Source: an uncultured delta proteobacterium (lineage in GTDB: Bacteria; Desulfobacterota; Binatia; Binatales; Binataceae). Taken from it: a DNA stretch of 64,000 bases. This document shows, one piece after another, positions 1-9,865 of the stretch. Numbering within the stretch: the stretch's first letter is position 1; each line of letters starts with the position of its first letter. The stretch covers positions 1,703,972 through 1,767,971 of the forward strand of contig CAWCDG010000004.1 in NCBI GenBank assembly GCA_963794325.1. Reading direction: 5' to 3'. A model generated the notes under the pieces. The model had not been told where the DNA came from. It did not search any database and worked only from the letters and a program-made list of their open reading frames with translations. Made by a program: the position numbers and the translations under genes.

Positions 1-11
1 ACTTGGGCGAG

Positions 12-698
12 ATGGGCAAGCGCTATTTCACTCCGCGATTTTTTGAATTCTTCGAAGAGCTGAGCCGCAACAACAATCGCGAGTGGTTCACAGCCAACAA
101 GCCGCGCTATGAGCGCGACGTGCGGGAGCCGATGCTCGCGTTTATCGCGGACTTCGCGCCGCGGCTCAGAAAGATCAATCCATGCTACGTCGCCGACCCG
201 CGCCCGTCTGGCGGATCGATGATGCGCATCTATCGCAATCTGCGCTTCTCGCGCGACAAGACGCCCTATCACACAAATGCGAGCGCAGCATTCGGCCATC
301 GCGACGGCGCGCATTTCAACTCGCCGTCGTTCTACCTGTCGCTCTCGCCGGCGGAGGCTTTCGCGGGCGTCGGCGTGTGGCATCCGCAGGCGGACACCAT
401 CGCGAAGATCCGCGATGCGATCGTCGCACATCCCGCGAAGTGGAAGAGCGCGATCAACGATAAAAAATTCAAGGCGCGCTTCGACATGATGGGCGACATG
501 CTGTCGCGCCCACCAAAGGGCTACGACGCCAGCTATCCGATGATCGAGGACCTCAAGCGCAAGGATTTCGTCGGTGGCACTCAATTCACCCGCAAGGAAG
601 TCTGCTCGCCAGAGTTCATGGATCTGTTCTCCAAAGCGTGCGCGACGTCGGCCCCATTCATGAAGTTCCTGACCGAAGCGATGGGCCTGAAGTGGTAA
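12..698 (+). CDS. DUF2461 (TIGR02453-like) family protein
   Basis: ORF 3..698. The N-terminal FTPRFFEFFEELSRNNNREWF signature is typical of the DUF2461 family. The start is probably the ATG at 12. Confidence 0.7.
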   Translation: MGKRYFTPRFFEFFEELSRNNNREWFTANKPRYERDVREPMLAFIADFAPRLRKINPCYVADPRPSGGSMMRIYRNLRFSRDKTPYHTNASAAFGHRDGAHFNSPSFYLSLSPAEAFAGVGVWHPQADTIAKIRDAIVAHPAKWKSAINDKKFKARFDMMGDMLSRPPKGYDASYPMIEDLKRKDFVGGTQFTRKEVCSPEFMDLFSKACATSAPFMKFLTEAMGLKW

Positions 699-701
699 CT
701 G

Positions 702-732
702 GATCCTAACCTCTTCTTGTCCGAGGAGAGGT
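702..732. repeat. Short REP-like hairpin repeat (GGATCCTAACCTCTYCT..GAGGAGAGGT family), copy 1
   Basis: Sequence ggatcctaacctcttcttgtccgaggagaggt lies immediately after the DUF2461 stop. Related copies are at 915-946 and 18701-18740. Confidence 0.5.
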
Positions 733-914
733 CGGCGCGAGCCGAAGGCGAGCGACGGGAGAGGTGCAACGCCAGACTGTCGCAACAGTGCCCGTTGTGC
801 TGCTGTCGAGCGGCGAACCCTTGTCTGTTCATTGAGATTAAACGAGTCGGGGTTGGTGGGCTGTCGAGCGTTGCACCTCACCCGGCGACACCGCCTTTCA
901 CGCGGCTTACGCCG

Positions 915-946
915 ACCTCCCCTCGGACAAGGAGAGGTTAGGATTT
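915..946. repeat. Short REP-like hairpin repeat, copy 2 (inverted relative to copy 1)
   Basis: cctcccctcggacaaggagaggttaggattt is nearly the reverse complement of 702-732. Confidence 0.5.
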
Positions 947-1014
947 TTGGATTGTTCGCGCCGTCTGGTTTGACGGTTGGGTCTCATGGGGATGCCGGGA
1001 TAAACTCAATCGCG

Positions 1015-4000
1015 ATGAGATGTTCTGGTTGCGGCGCTGAGAATCCGGCGGGGATGAAGTTCTGTGGCAGCTGCGGAGTTGCGCTGCGGAACAAATGTCC
1101 GCGCTGCGGATTTGAAAACTCGCCAGAGTTTAAATTTTGCGGGGAATGCGGGATGGCGCTGACGGTGGCTCGGGAAGCCATCGCTGGCGCGAACTCGCCT
1201 TCGCCGGTTGTCGAGCCCGCAGTGCGCGTCAGACTGGAGCACGAGGCGGCGGATGCGGCGGGCGGGGAGCGCAAGACTGTCACGGCGCTGTTTGCGGATA
1301 TCAAAGGGTCGATGGATCTGATGGAGCGGCTCGATCCTGAAGAGGCGCGGGCGATTGTCGATCCGGCGCTGAAACTGATGATCGACGCGATGCATCGCTA
1401 CGACGGTTACATCGTGCAGTCCACTGGCGATGGAATCTTTGCGCTGTTCGGGGCGCCAGTTGCGCATGAAGATCATGCTCAGCGCGCGCTCTATGCTGCG
1501 CTGCGCGTGCAGGAGGACATGGCGAAATATTCGGCCGGGTTGCGGGCACAGGGAAGTCCGCCGGTCGAGATTCGGGTGGGCCTCAACACCGGCGAGGTGG
1601 TGGTGCGCTCGATTCGCACCGACGACGCGCACACTGAGTACACGCCGATTGGGCATTCGATGAGCCTGGCAGCGCGAATGCAAACGCTCGCGCCGACCGG
1701 CTCGATCGTAATCACGGAGCAGACGCAGAAACTCACGGCCGGTTATTTCGAGTTGAAGCCGCTCGGCCCGGCGCGAATCAAAGGCGTCAGCGATCCGATC
1801 AACGTGTACGAGGTGCTTGGAATCGGTCCGCTCAAGACGCGGCTGCAGATGTCAGCGTCGCGCGGTTTGTCGAAGTTTGTCGGGCGACGCGCGGAGCTCG
1901 AGCAGCTCGACGGGGCGCTCGAGCTGGCGCGCGGCGGGCATGGCCAGATTGTCGCGGCGATGGCCGAGGCGGGAGTCGGCAAGTCGCGCCTGTTTCACGA
2001 ATTCAAAATGCGCCGGCAGGCTGAATGCCTGGTGCTCGAAGCGTTCTCGTTCTCACACGGCAAAGCGTCGGCATATTTGCCGGTGGTCGATCTGTTGAAG
2101 ACTTATTTCCGAATTGCCGATCGCGACGACGAGCGCACGCGTCGCGAGAAGGTTACCGGCAAGGTGCTGGCGCTGGACCGCGCGCTCGAGGATACGTTGC
2201 CGCATCTGTTCGCGCTGCTCGGAATTCCGGCCGGCGACGCTGGCCTGGACGGGATGGACCCCGCGATTCGACGCCGCCGCACGCGCGAGGCGGTTAAGAG
2301 TCTGATCGTGCGCGAGAGCCTCAATCAGCCGCTGATTCTGATTTTCGAAGATCTCCATTGGGTCGATGCGGAGTCCGAAGCGCTGTTGCAGCTGATGGCC
2401 GATTCGCTTGGCACCGCGCAAATTTTGATGATGGTCAACTATCGGCCCGAGTATCGCCATAGCTGGGGCAACAAAACCTACTACACGCAGTTGCGGCTCG
2501 ATCCGCTGGGGCCCGACAACGCGGCCGAGCTGCTGACGGCGATGATTGGCGACGCGTCCGCGCTGGCGCCGTTGAAGACGACGATAATCGAACGCACCCA
2601 GGGCAATCCATTTTTCATGGAGGAGATGGTTCAGGTGCTGTTCGACCAGGGAGTGCTGGTGCGCGACGGCGAGGTGTCGATTGCCAAGCCACTCACTTCG
2701 ATTGCGATACCGTCGACGGTCAAGGGTATCCTTGCGGCGCGAATCGACAAGCTCGCTCCCGCGGACAAGGACCTGCTGCAATCGCTCGCGGTGATCGGCA
2801 AGGAATTTCCGATCGGCCTCGTGCGCCGCGTGGTCGGAAAGGCCGATGAAGAGCTGGCGCCGATGCTATCCAACCTGCAAGCGTCCGAGTTTATCTACGA
2901 ACAACCGGCCTTTCCTGAAAACGAATACACCTTCAAGCACGCGCTGACCCAGGAAGTCGCGTACGACTCGGTTTTGATGCAACGGCGCAGGGCGATCCAT
3001 GAGCGCGCGGCGACGGCGCTCGAGGAGATGTTCGCATCGACGCTGGACGATCACGTGGCCGAACTGGCGCATCACTACGGCCGCAGTGCGAACGCGCCGA
3101 AGGCGATAGAATATCTGCGCCGCGCGGCCGAGCAGGCGGGGGCGCGGTCGGCGTACAATGACGCGATCGGTTATGTGCGCGAGGGGTTGCGGCTCCTCGC
3201 GACGATGCCGGAATCGCGCGAGCGCGATCACAGTGAGCTGAAGATCCAGATGATGATGGGGCCGCTGATCGTTGCGGTCCAGGGATTTTCGTCGGCGGAG
3301 TTGGCGACCAACGTCAAGCGCGCGCAGGAACTATGCCGCAGCGCGGGCGAGACACCGGAAGTCTTCGCTGTGCTGGCGGGGCTGTGGAGCTTCGACCACG
3401 CGAACGGACAGCTGCGCGAAAGCCGCGAGCTCGCGGACAAATTGCTCACGATGGCCGAGCGCATGCAGACCGATCTGGCGACGGGAGTCGCGCATAACGC
3501 GATGGGAACGTCGTGTCTCTGGATGGGCGAATTTGCGGCGGCGCGCGAACATCTGGAGATTGCCGGCAAAGCCTTCGACCGCGATCTGCCGCGCTTCGTG
3601 CCGATGATGCAGACGCCGGTCACGCCGTCACGCTGCAATCTTGCGTGGGCGCTTCATATGTCCGGATTTCCCGATCAGGCGCAACGCCGGATGGACGAAG
3701 CGACTGAAATGGCGCTGCAGATTCGCCGTCCGTTCAGCGTCGCGTTCGCCAATCTGTACGCGATCGTGCTGATGCACTTCCGGCGTGAATATGCGGACAT
3801 ACGGCCACGCTCGGAAGCCTTGATCGAACTGTCTCGCGAAAATGGACTTCCCTTTTGGCTGGCGGCGGGAGAGATGTGCCTGGCGCGCACGATTGCCGGC
3901 GAGGGCGAGTTTAGCGGCGACGAAGCGGCGATGACGTCCGGGCTCGCGATGCTGAAAAAAGCCGTCGAGAGCCTGGCCGCCAGCGGCGCCGACCTGATCT

Positions 4001-4404
4001 ACACGTTCTCATTCATCATGCTTGCGGAAGTCTATCTGACGATGAAACGAGTGGACGAATGCCTGCGCGCGCTCGACCAGATTGCGGAAAGGATCGAACA
4101 GAAGGATCATCGCCTGCTCGAGGTCGAAGTTCACCGGATCCGCGGCGAGGCTATTCTGCTGCGTCCCGACGGCGCCCTCGAAGCCGAGCGATGCTTCCGG
4201 CGCGCAATCGAGATTGGGGTGCGTCAGGGAGCGCGCTCATGGAAACTGCGCGCCGCGACGAGCCTGGCGCGGCTGTTAATGAAGACGGCCAGGCGCGACG
4301 AGGCGCGCGCAACCTTGACGCCGGCGTTCGCGGAGTTCACCGAGGGCTTCGATACGACCGATCTGCGCGAGGCGAAAGCGATACTCGAAGAATTAAAATC
4401 GTAG
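1015..4404 (+). CDS. Class III adenylate/guanylate cyclase fused to an AAA/STAND ATPase and C-terminal TPR-like helical repeats, with an N-terminal double zinc ribbon
   Basis: ORF 832..4404; internal ATG at 1015 (MRCSGCG). Two CxxC..CxxC zinc ribbons are followed by the cyclase catalytic motifs (TVTALFADIKGSMDL and IVQSTGDGIFALFGAP). A P-loop follows (AMAEAGVGKSRL). The C-terminus is a long helical, TPR-like region. Confidence 0.85.
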   Translation: MRCSGCGAENPAGMKFCGSCGVALRNKCPRCGFENSPEFKFCGECGMALTVAREAIAGANSPSPVVEPAVRVRLEHEAADAAGGERKTVTALFADIKGSMDLMERLDPEEARAIVDPALKLMIDAMHRYDGYIVQSTGDGIFALFGAPVAHEDHAQRALYAALRVQEDMAKYSAGLRAQGSPPVEIRVGLNTGEVVVRSIRTDDAHTEYTPIGHSMSLAARMQTLAPTGSIVITEQTQKLTAGYFELKPLGPARIKGVSDPINVYEVLGIGPLKTRLQMSASRGLSKFVGRRAELEQLDGALELARGGHGQIVAAMAEAGVGKSRLFHEFKMRRQAECLVLEAFSFSHGKASAYLPVVDLLKTYFRIADRDDERTRREKVTGKVLALDRALEDTLPHLFALLGIPAGDAGLDGMDPAIRRRRTREAVKSLIVRESLNQPLILIFEDLHWVDAESEALLQLMADSLGTAQILMMVNYRPEYRHSWGNKTYYTQLRLDPLGPDNAAELLTAMIGDASALAPLKTTIIERTQGNPFFMEEMVQVLFDQGVLVRDGEVSIAKPLTSIAIPSTVKGILAARIDKLAPADKDLLQSLAVIGKEFPIGLVRRVVGKADEELAPMLSNLQASEFIYEQPAFPENEYTFKHALTQEVAYDSVLMQRRRAIHERAATALEEMFASTLDDHVAELAHHYGRSANAPKAIEYLRRAAEQAGARSAYNDAIGYVREGLRLLATMPESRERDHSELKIQMMMGPLIVAVQGFSSAELATNVKRAQELCRSAGETPEVFAVLAGLWSFDHANGQLRESRELADKLLTMAERMQTDLATGVAHNAMGTSCLWMGEFAAAREHLEIAGKAFDRDLPRFVPMMQTPVTPSRCNLAWALHMSGFPDQAQRRMDEATEMALQIRRPFSVAFANLYAIVLMHFRREYADIRPRSEALIELSRENGLPFWLAAGEMCLARTIAGEGEFSGDEAAMTSGLAMLKKAVESLAASGADLIYTFSFIMLAEVYLTMKRVDECLRALDQIAERIEQKDHRLLEVEVHRIRGEAILLRPDGALEAERCFRRAIEIGVRQGARSWKLRAATSLARLLMKTARRDEARATLTPAFAEFTEGFDTTDLREAKAILEELKS

Positions 4405-4414
4405 CGCGATGCGC

Positions 4415-5734
4415 TTAGAGCATGCGGCCTATCTTCTGGCGCAGGCGGCCGAAGAATCCGGCGCGAGCGACTTCACGTTTAGCCACGATCGGAATCGTCG
4501 CTTCAGGCTTGCCATTAAACAGGACCGTCAGATTGCCGACCGAGACTCCCGGTTGAACCGGCGCCTCGAGGTACCGCACTGACGGCTCGAACTGAACCGT
4601 CGCCTTGGTCTCCTCGCCGCGCCCGAGCGTAAACACCGCATCGCCATTAGGCCCGATCGCGACAGTTTCATCGACACCGTCGTGCACTGGTATCGTCCTG
4701 GGCAGCGTCTTTCTCAGATCAGGCCGGTAGCTGACGAAAGTGCGAAACGCCCAATCGATCAATTTCTCGGATTCGGTAACGCGCCGCGCCTCGCTCGGCG
4801 CGCCCAGCACCGCCGACAGCAGATTCATCCCGTTGGAGGTCGCCGACGCGACCAGATGATAGCCGGCTTCGTCGACGTGGCCGGTCTTGATTCCGTTCAC
4901 GCGCGGGTCGTGGAGCAGCAGCTTGTTGAAGTTTGGCTGCGAGATTTTGTCGAAGGTGAATTCCTTGGCCGAGGTGTATTTGATCGCTTCAGGATGATGC
5001 GTGACGAGCGAGTGTGCCAGCGCGACCATGTCGGCCGCGGTGGTGAACTCGCCTTCTTCGGGCAGGCCGTCGGGATTGTCGAAGTGAGTCTCCTTGAGGC
5101 CGATTTCCGCGGCCTTGTCGTTCATCATCTTGGTGAACGCATCGGTGCTTCCTCCGAGGTATTCAGCGAGCGCGACGGCGGCATCGTTGCCCGAGGAGAC
5201 CATCAGACCAAAAAGGAGATCGTTCACCGCGACTTTCTGCCCGACGCCCAGGAACATCCGCGAGACGGTATCGTTCATGGAGAGCCGCCAGGCATTTTCG
5301 CTGATCGTGATGTCGGTCGAAGGCGAGATCTTGCCCGCCTTGAGCGCGTCGAGAGTGAGATAGAACGTCATGATCTTCGCGAGGCTCGCGGGCTGCATCT
5401 TCTCGTGCTCGTTGTAGGCGTACAGCACCGCACCGGTGTCGGCGTCGATCATCATGGCGGCCCTCGCGTCGAGGGCGAACGGCGCCGGCCGATCTCCGAG
5501 CACGTGAATCGAGCTCAGCGCAACGGCTGGGGCCTCTTCGTGCGGCTTCGGTGCGACGGGATGCCGGTGAATGACCTTCGCAAACGCAGCAGTGGAACTC
5601 GCCGCCACCACAGCGATCGCTGCAAGCACAATTATTTTCGAGATTGGTTTTATCCGCACGCCCGTCCTCAGCCGCCTGAACAGATTACTACGCGAGCGCC
5701 CGACGCGCGACGTTCGCCAATCGTCATATTCCAT
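4415..5734 (-). CDS. D-alanyl-D-alanine carboxypeptidase (serine peptidase S11, PBP5/DacC-like)
   Basis: ORF 4415..5794. Active-site motifs SLAKIM (SxxK), SGN and KTG are present, with a signal peptide. The exact start is uncertain. Confidence 0.85.
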   Translation of the reverse strand: MEYDDWRTSRVGRSRSNLFRRLRTGVRIKPISKIIVLAAIAVVAASSTAAFAKVIHRHPVAPKPHEEAPAVALSSIHVLGDRPAPFALDARAAMMIDADTGAVLYAYNEHEKMQPASLAKIMTFYLTLDALKAGKISPSTDITISENAWRLSMNDTVSRMFLGVGQKVAVNDLLFGLMVSSGNDAAVALAEYLGGSTDAFTKMMNDKAAEIGLKETHFDNPDGLPEEGEFTTAADMVALAHSLVTHHPEAIKYTSAKEFTFDKISQPNFNKLLLHDPRVNGIKTGHVDEAGYHLVASATSNGMNLLSAVLGAPSEARRVTESEKLIDWAFRTFVSYRPDLRKTLPRTIPVHDGVDETVAIGPNGDAVFTLGRGEETKATVQFEPSVRYLEAPVQPGVSVGNLTVLFNGKPEATIPIVAKREVARAGFFGRLRQKIGRML

Positions 5735-5762
5735 TTTGTCGAAGCATAAAGGAAACTGAACC

Positions 5763-7076
5763 TTGGTGGATATCTCCGTAATTTTACCGGTCATGAACGA
5801 GGCCGAAAACCTGCGGGTGCTGATCCCCAGGCTGACCGCGTTGCTGGACCGCGAGCGGATCAGTCACGAGATCGTCGTGATCGACGGCCCCTCCACCGAC
5901 GGCACTCGTGAAGTATCGCAGGAACTCGGCGCGCGGGTGGTTGAAGAACGCCGGCACGGATTCGCAGGCGCGTTGGAGACGGGTATTGCCGAGGCGCGCG
6001 GCGACTACGTGCTGACGCTCGACGCCGACCAATCGCACGACCCGGATTTCGTCGTCAAGATGTGGCGCGCTCGGACGCGCGCGGACATCGTAGTTGCGTC
6101 GCGCTACGTGCTGGGCGGCGTCGCTTACTCGGATTTTATCCGCCGATCGACCAGCTGGTTTCTGAACCAGGCATTGCGGCGGATGCTCTCGATACCGGTG
6201 CTCGACATGTCCAGCGGATATCGCCTGTACCGGCGCGAGGTGTTTGCCGAGCTGGAACTCACCTCCTCGAACTTCGAGGTGCAGGAGGAAATCCTGGTCA
6301 AGGCCTACGCCAGCGGATTCAGCGTGGTGGAAGTTCCGTTCACCTATTTTCCGCGCGGCGCGGGACGCTCGCACGCGAAGCTATTCAGCTTCGGCTGGAA
6401 GATTTTCCGCTCTTCGCTGTCACTGTGGAAAATCCGCAACTCGCTCATGTCCGCCGACTATGACGAGCGCGCCTTCTACAGCCGGATTCCGCCGCAACGC
6501 TATTGGCAGCGCCGGCGCCACCGCATCACTGTGCTATGGGCGCGCGGCGCAGACCGGGTACTCGACGCGGGATGCGGCTCCAGCTTGATCGTGCAGAGCC
6601 TCAACAACGTGGTCGGCATGGACTTCAACTACGCGAAGCTCCGCTTCTTACGCCGCTACGGGATTCCGCTGATCAACGGATCGGCCTTCGCGCTGCCATT
6701 CAAGGACGGCTCCTTCGATTGCGTAATGAGCTCGCAGGTCATTGAGCATATTCGATACGACGAGTCGATTTTCAGCGAGATGCATCGGGTGCTCCGCGCG
6801 GGCGGCACGTTGGTACTCGGCACACCCGACTACGCGACTATTGGCTGGCGGATGATCGAGCCGATTTATGGATTTCTGATGCCGGGCGGATACAAGGACC
6901 AGCACATTACGCATTACACGCTCGACCAGCTGCGCGAGATCCTGACGCGCTACGGAATCGTGATCGAGGAGGTTGCTTACATCGCGCGCAGCGAAGTGAT
7001 CCTCAAGTGCCGCAAGACTGGAATTGAGAATCGTGCGCGGGCTGAGGCCGCCGCGGTCGCATCGACGGCGGCATGA
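5763..7076 (+). CDS. Family 2 glycosyltransferase fused to a class I SAM-dependent methyltransferase domain
   Basis: N-terminal GT2 motifs (ISVILPVMNEAENL, VIDGPSTDGT, DADQSHDP). C-terminal methyltransferase motif I (VLDAGCGSS) and a type-11-like domain. Confidence 0.8.
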   Translation: MVDISVILPVMNEAENLRVLIPRLTALLDRERISHEIVVIDGPSTDGTREVSQELGARVVEERRHGFAGALETGIAEARGDYVLTLDADQSHDPDFVVKMWRARTRADIVVASRYVLGGVAYSDFIRRSTSWFLNQALRRMLSIPVLDMSSGYRLYRREVFAELELTSSNFEVQEEILVKAYASGFSVVEVPFTYFPRGAGRSHAKLFSFGWKIFRSSLSLWKIRNSLMSADYDERAFYSRIPPQRYWQRRRHRITVLWARGADRVLDAGCGSSLIVQSLNNVVGMDFNYAKLRFLRRYGIPLINGSAFALPFKDGSFDCVMSSQVIEHIRYDESIFSEMHRVLRAGGTLVLGTPDYATIGWRMIEPIYGFLMPGGYKDQHITHYTLDQLREILTRYGIVIEEVAYIARSEVILKCRKTGIENRARAEAAAVASTAA

Positions 7077-7504
7077 AGGCTGAGCGAGTCGTGCCGCTGA
7101 GAAGATCAGCCGGTGCGCTGTCTATTCTGCTGGCGATCGCGACTTGCACCGCCTCGTGCTCGAGCAATGAGGAGCAGGCGCCCGAGATGAATCTGCCCAG
7201 CATGCAAATCTCGCCCGCTGCGCCCGGCAGTTGCCGGATCGATGCAATCAAGATGTGCCAGGCGGAGGGCGGCGGGAGCGCGGCGCCGCAGGAGGAGCAG
7301 AAGGCGACGATGCCGATGCCTACCTACGGACCTCCCAATCTTCCTGACTCAATCGAATTTCAAATTCCCGCGGGCCAGGCAATCAAGCTGACGTGCTATT
7401 ACGATCCCCAGCACAAATCGGTTTACAAGGCCGACGCCACCCCGGACGCCGCGCTTACGGCGAACTCGGTCGAGTACATGACAAAACAGGGCTTCTGCGA
7501 GTAG
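7073..7504 (+). CDS. Hypothetical lipoprotein
   Basis: Signal peptide with lipobox (LAIATC). No recognisable domain. Confidence 0.45.
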   Translation: MKAERVVPLRRSAGALSILLAIATCTASCSSNEEQAPEMNLPSMQISPAAPGSCRIDAIKMCQAEGGGSAAPQEEQKATMPMPTYGPPNLPDSIEFQIPAGQAIKLTCYYDPQHKSVYKADATPDAALTANSVEYMTKQGFCE

Positions 7505-7514
7505 AGGCCCTCGG

Positions 7515-8099
7515 CTACTGGCCCGCGCGGTCGGCGGCTTTCTGCGCGGCGGCTGCTGCCGCTGCCGCGGCGGCGTGGGTCTGAGCAGTCTTTTCCATGG
7601 CGGCTTTGCGCTGCTCGCCGCGCGCGAGATTCTGTCTCATCTGAGCCCCGCCTGCGGCGCCCAGATCTTGCGATTCCCACTTGGGCTTCGCGACCGAGAC
7701 CCATCGGCCACCATCGAGCGCGTAGGTGAAAACCAGGTACTTGAGCTTGCCGGTCGCGAAACCTTTGGGGGTGCCGCCCTTCTTGCTCGGATCGTACTCG
7801 ACCCCGCCGAGCTTGCAGCTTACGACGAGATGGTTGTGCGGGCCGTAGGTTGGCAGATACTCGAACTTCTGCATCAGGTCGATGTACACTTGGCCCTTGC
7901 CTTTCTTTTCATCCTGCTCGTCGAAGTAGGGCCCGGACACATCGGAGAGTTTGTCCTGGAGCGACTGCTCCAGGGCGGGCGTCAGATCCTTTTGCGCGCG
8001 CGCATGTTGCAAGTCATATGCATTTGCGAGCGACGCATTCAGCGGAAAAAAGAGCGCGGCCGCAAGGGCGACCGCGCTGAGGATCTTGAGGTTCTTCAT
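7515..8099 (-). CDS. Hypothetical secreted protein with C-terminal poly-Ala tract
   Basis: N-terminal signal peptide (MKNLKILSAVALAAALFFPLNASLANA). No recognisable domain. Confidence 0.45.
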   Translation of the reverse strand: MKNLKILSAVALAAALFFPLNASLANAYDLQHARAQKDLTPALEQSLQDKLSDVSGPYFDEQDEKKGKGQVYIDLMQKFEYLPTYGPHNHLVVSCKLGGVEYDPSKKGGTPKGFATGKLKYLVFTYALDGGRWVSVAKPKWESQDLGAAGGAQMRQNLARGEQRKAAMEKTAQTHAAAAAAAAAAQKAADRAGQ

Positions 8100-8145
8100 A
8101 ACGTCCCAGCCATCGTCTTACTAGACGACTGGCTCGCGCAAATAT

Positions 8146-9369
8146 TTACTGACTCCCGCTGCCGCCGCTATTCAGCCCGCGGCCGAAAGCAGACACTTGC
8201 GACTGCCACTGGTCGCCGAAGGCGAGGATCAGGACCTGCTGGTTGATATGGGCGTCCTTGGTCAGCGACTTCATCGAGCCGCCACCCGCTGCCGCGAGCA
8301 CTTTGTACGCCGCTTGAGTCTGCCGATAGAACGCCGGCAACGGCGAGATCTTCGGCGGCTCCTCGCGATGCACCTTCAGCCAGAACTCGCGCTCGAACCG
8401 CTCGTGCTCTTCAGCCGCGACGTCCACCGTGTTGAAAGTCCCGTTGTTGGATTTGAATTGGCGTATCAGCGCAAGCAGCGGTGCGAAGTCCTCGGTGCGC
8501 GGGGGCGAATCGCCGACCAGCACCACGACCTTCTTGGCGTACGGCTTCCAGTCCATCTTGTTGATTCCGGTCTGGACCGCGCCCAGCGTGTCCTCTTCCC
8601 ATTCGCCGCCGCCCATCGCCTGGATGCCGTTAAGGAATTCGCTGAGCTTCTGCGGCGACAGCGTCAGCGGCTGGATATTCATCTTCTCGCCCTTGCCGCC
8701 GAACACGATTATTCCGATTCGCGCAATCGGCACCAGCCGGTGAATCGACTGAACGAGTTGCTCCATCTTGGCTTTGACGTCGTCGATGATCAGTTTCATC
8801 GAGCCGGTGCCGTCGATTACCAGCACCACGTCGAGGCCTTTACGTCGCAGCTCGCCGATGAAGCCGCCGAAGCCCGAGCCGATGCCGTGGCCGTAGCCTG
8901 AGCCCATGCCGCCGCCACGGCCGATACCGATACCGCCGCCGCCGGCTGCGCGCACGTAGTCATTGGCGAGACCGACTGCCTGCGAGGTGTCGACCGCGGT
9001 CGGCTGTTCCATCTGTTGCGGCGCCGAGTCGGGCATCGGCACTTCGGGCATGTCGAGATCCTGCATCTCGTTGCCGCCGCCACCGCCGCCGCCCGCCTCG
9101 AGGTTCACCATGATCAATTCGCGGCCACGCTGCTCGTGGACCGTGATGATCAGGAAAAGCAGGGCGAGAACGTGAAGGGCGACCGATAGAGGAAAAGGCC
9201 CGATCAACAGACCAAGCGCATCTTTTATCTTCTGCAGGCGGGTCGCATCCGCCTCGTCATCGTCGCGATTGGCCTCGGCGAGGGCCTCTCGCTTGCCGAT
9301 AATTCGGTAGAAGATAAAAGCGACGACGAACGTCGAGAGGACCAGTAAAGCGATGATTACTGCGATCAT
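8146..9369 (-). CDS. von Willebrand factor A (vWA) domain membrane protein occupying the TonB position of an ExbBD cluster
   Basis: N-terminal TM helix, acidic region and second TM, then a Gly-rich linker and a vWA domain with a MIDAS-like DGTGS motif (LVIDGTGSM). Confidence 0.75.
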   Translation of the reverse strand: MIAVIIALLVLSTFVVAFIFYRIIGKREALAEANRDDDEADATRLQKIKDALGLLIGPFPLSVALHVLALLFLIITVHEQRGRELIMVNLEAGGGGGGGNEMQDLDMPEVPMPDSAPQQMEQPTAVDTSQAVGLANDYVRAAGGGGIGIGRGGGMGSGYGHGIGSGFGGFIGELRRKGLDVVLVIDGTGSMKLIIDDVKAKMEQLVQSIHRLVPIARIGIIVFGGKGEKMNIQPLTLSPQKLSEFLNGIQAMGGGEWEEDTLGAVQTGINKMDWKPYAKKVVVLVGDSPPRTEDFAPLLALIRQFKSNNGTFNTVDVAAEEHERFEREFWLKVHREEPPKISPLPAFYRQTQAAYKVLAAAGGGSMKSLTKDAHINQQVLILAFGDQWQSQVSAFGRGLNSGGSGSQ

Positions 9370-9379
9370 ATGTAAATTC

Positions 9380-9847
9380 CTACGCTCCGCCTCCGGGGGC
9401 CGGCGCGCCGCCGCCTCCTGGAGGTAGCGAAGAGACTGCTATTGCGATTGCTTCGGCACCTGCCGACTTTGCAAGGTCAAGGATACGAACCATATCTCCC
9501 AGTATAACCTTTGGGTCGCCCTGGAAAATCACAATCTTGTCGGTCGAATTCTGCAAGGCATCATGAAGCTGCGGCACCAGCTCGGCCTCAGTGACCTGCT
9601 TGTCGTTGAGGTACACCAGATGCTCCGCCGTATACGTGACGATGATGCCCTTGGGCTTGTCGGTGGTCGTAGTTTGATCATTGGCTTTCGGTAAATCGAC
9701 GTGCGCCGCCGATTCGATCGTCACTGCCGTGGTCACCATGAAGATGATCAGCAGGACGAGAAAAATATCGGTCAGCGGGGTGATATTGATATCGGCAAAT
9801 ACCCCGCCGCCTTTGTTCTTAGTCATTTTTCCTTTTGCCATGCGCAA
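9380..9847 (-). CDS. exbD: Biopolymer transport protein ExbD/TolR
   Basis: ExbD/TolR signature FADINITPLTDIFLVLLIIFMV. Paralogous to the adjacent gene. Confidence 0.85.
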   Translation of the reverse strand: MRMAKGKMTKNKGGGVFADINITPLTDIFLVLLIIFMVTTAVTIESAAHVDLPKANDQTTTTDKPKGIIVTYTAEHLVYLNDKQVTEAELVPQLHDALQNSTDKIVIFQGDPKVILGDMVRILDLAKSAGAEAIAIAVSSLPPGGGGAPAPGGGA

Positions 9848-9865
9848 TACCTCAGCGGATGCCGA

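Noticed and set aside
4682-5749. 355-aa plus-strand ORF
   Set aside because: It is antisense to the DacC-type carboxypeptidase, which has intact SxxK, SGN and KTG motifs.
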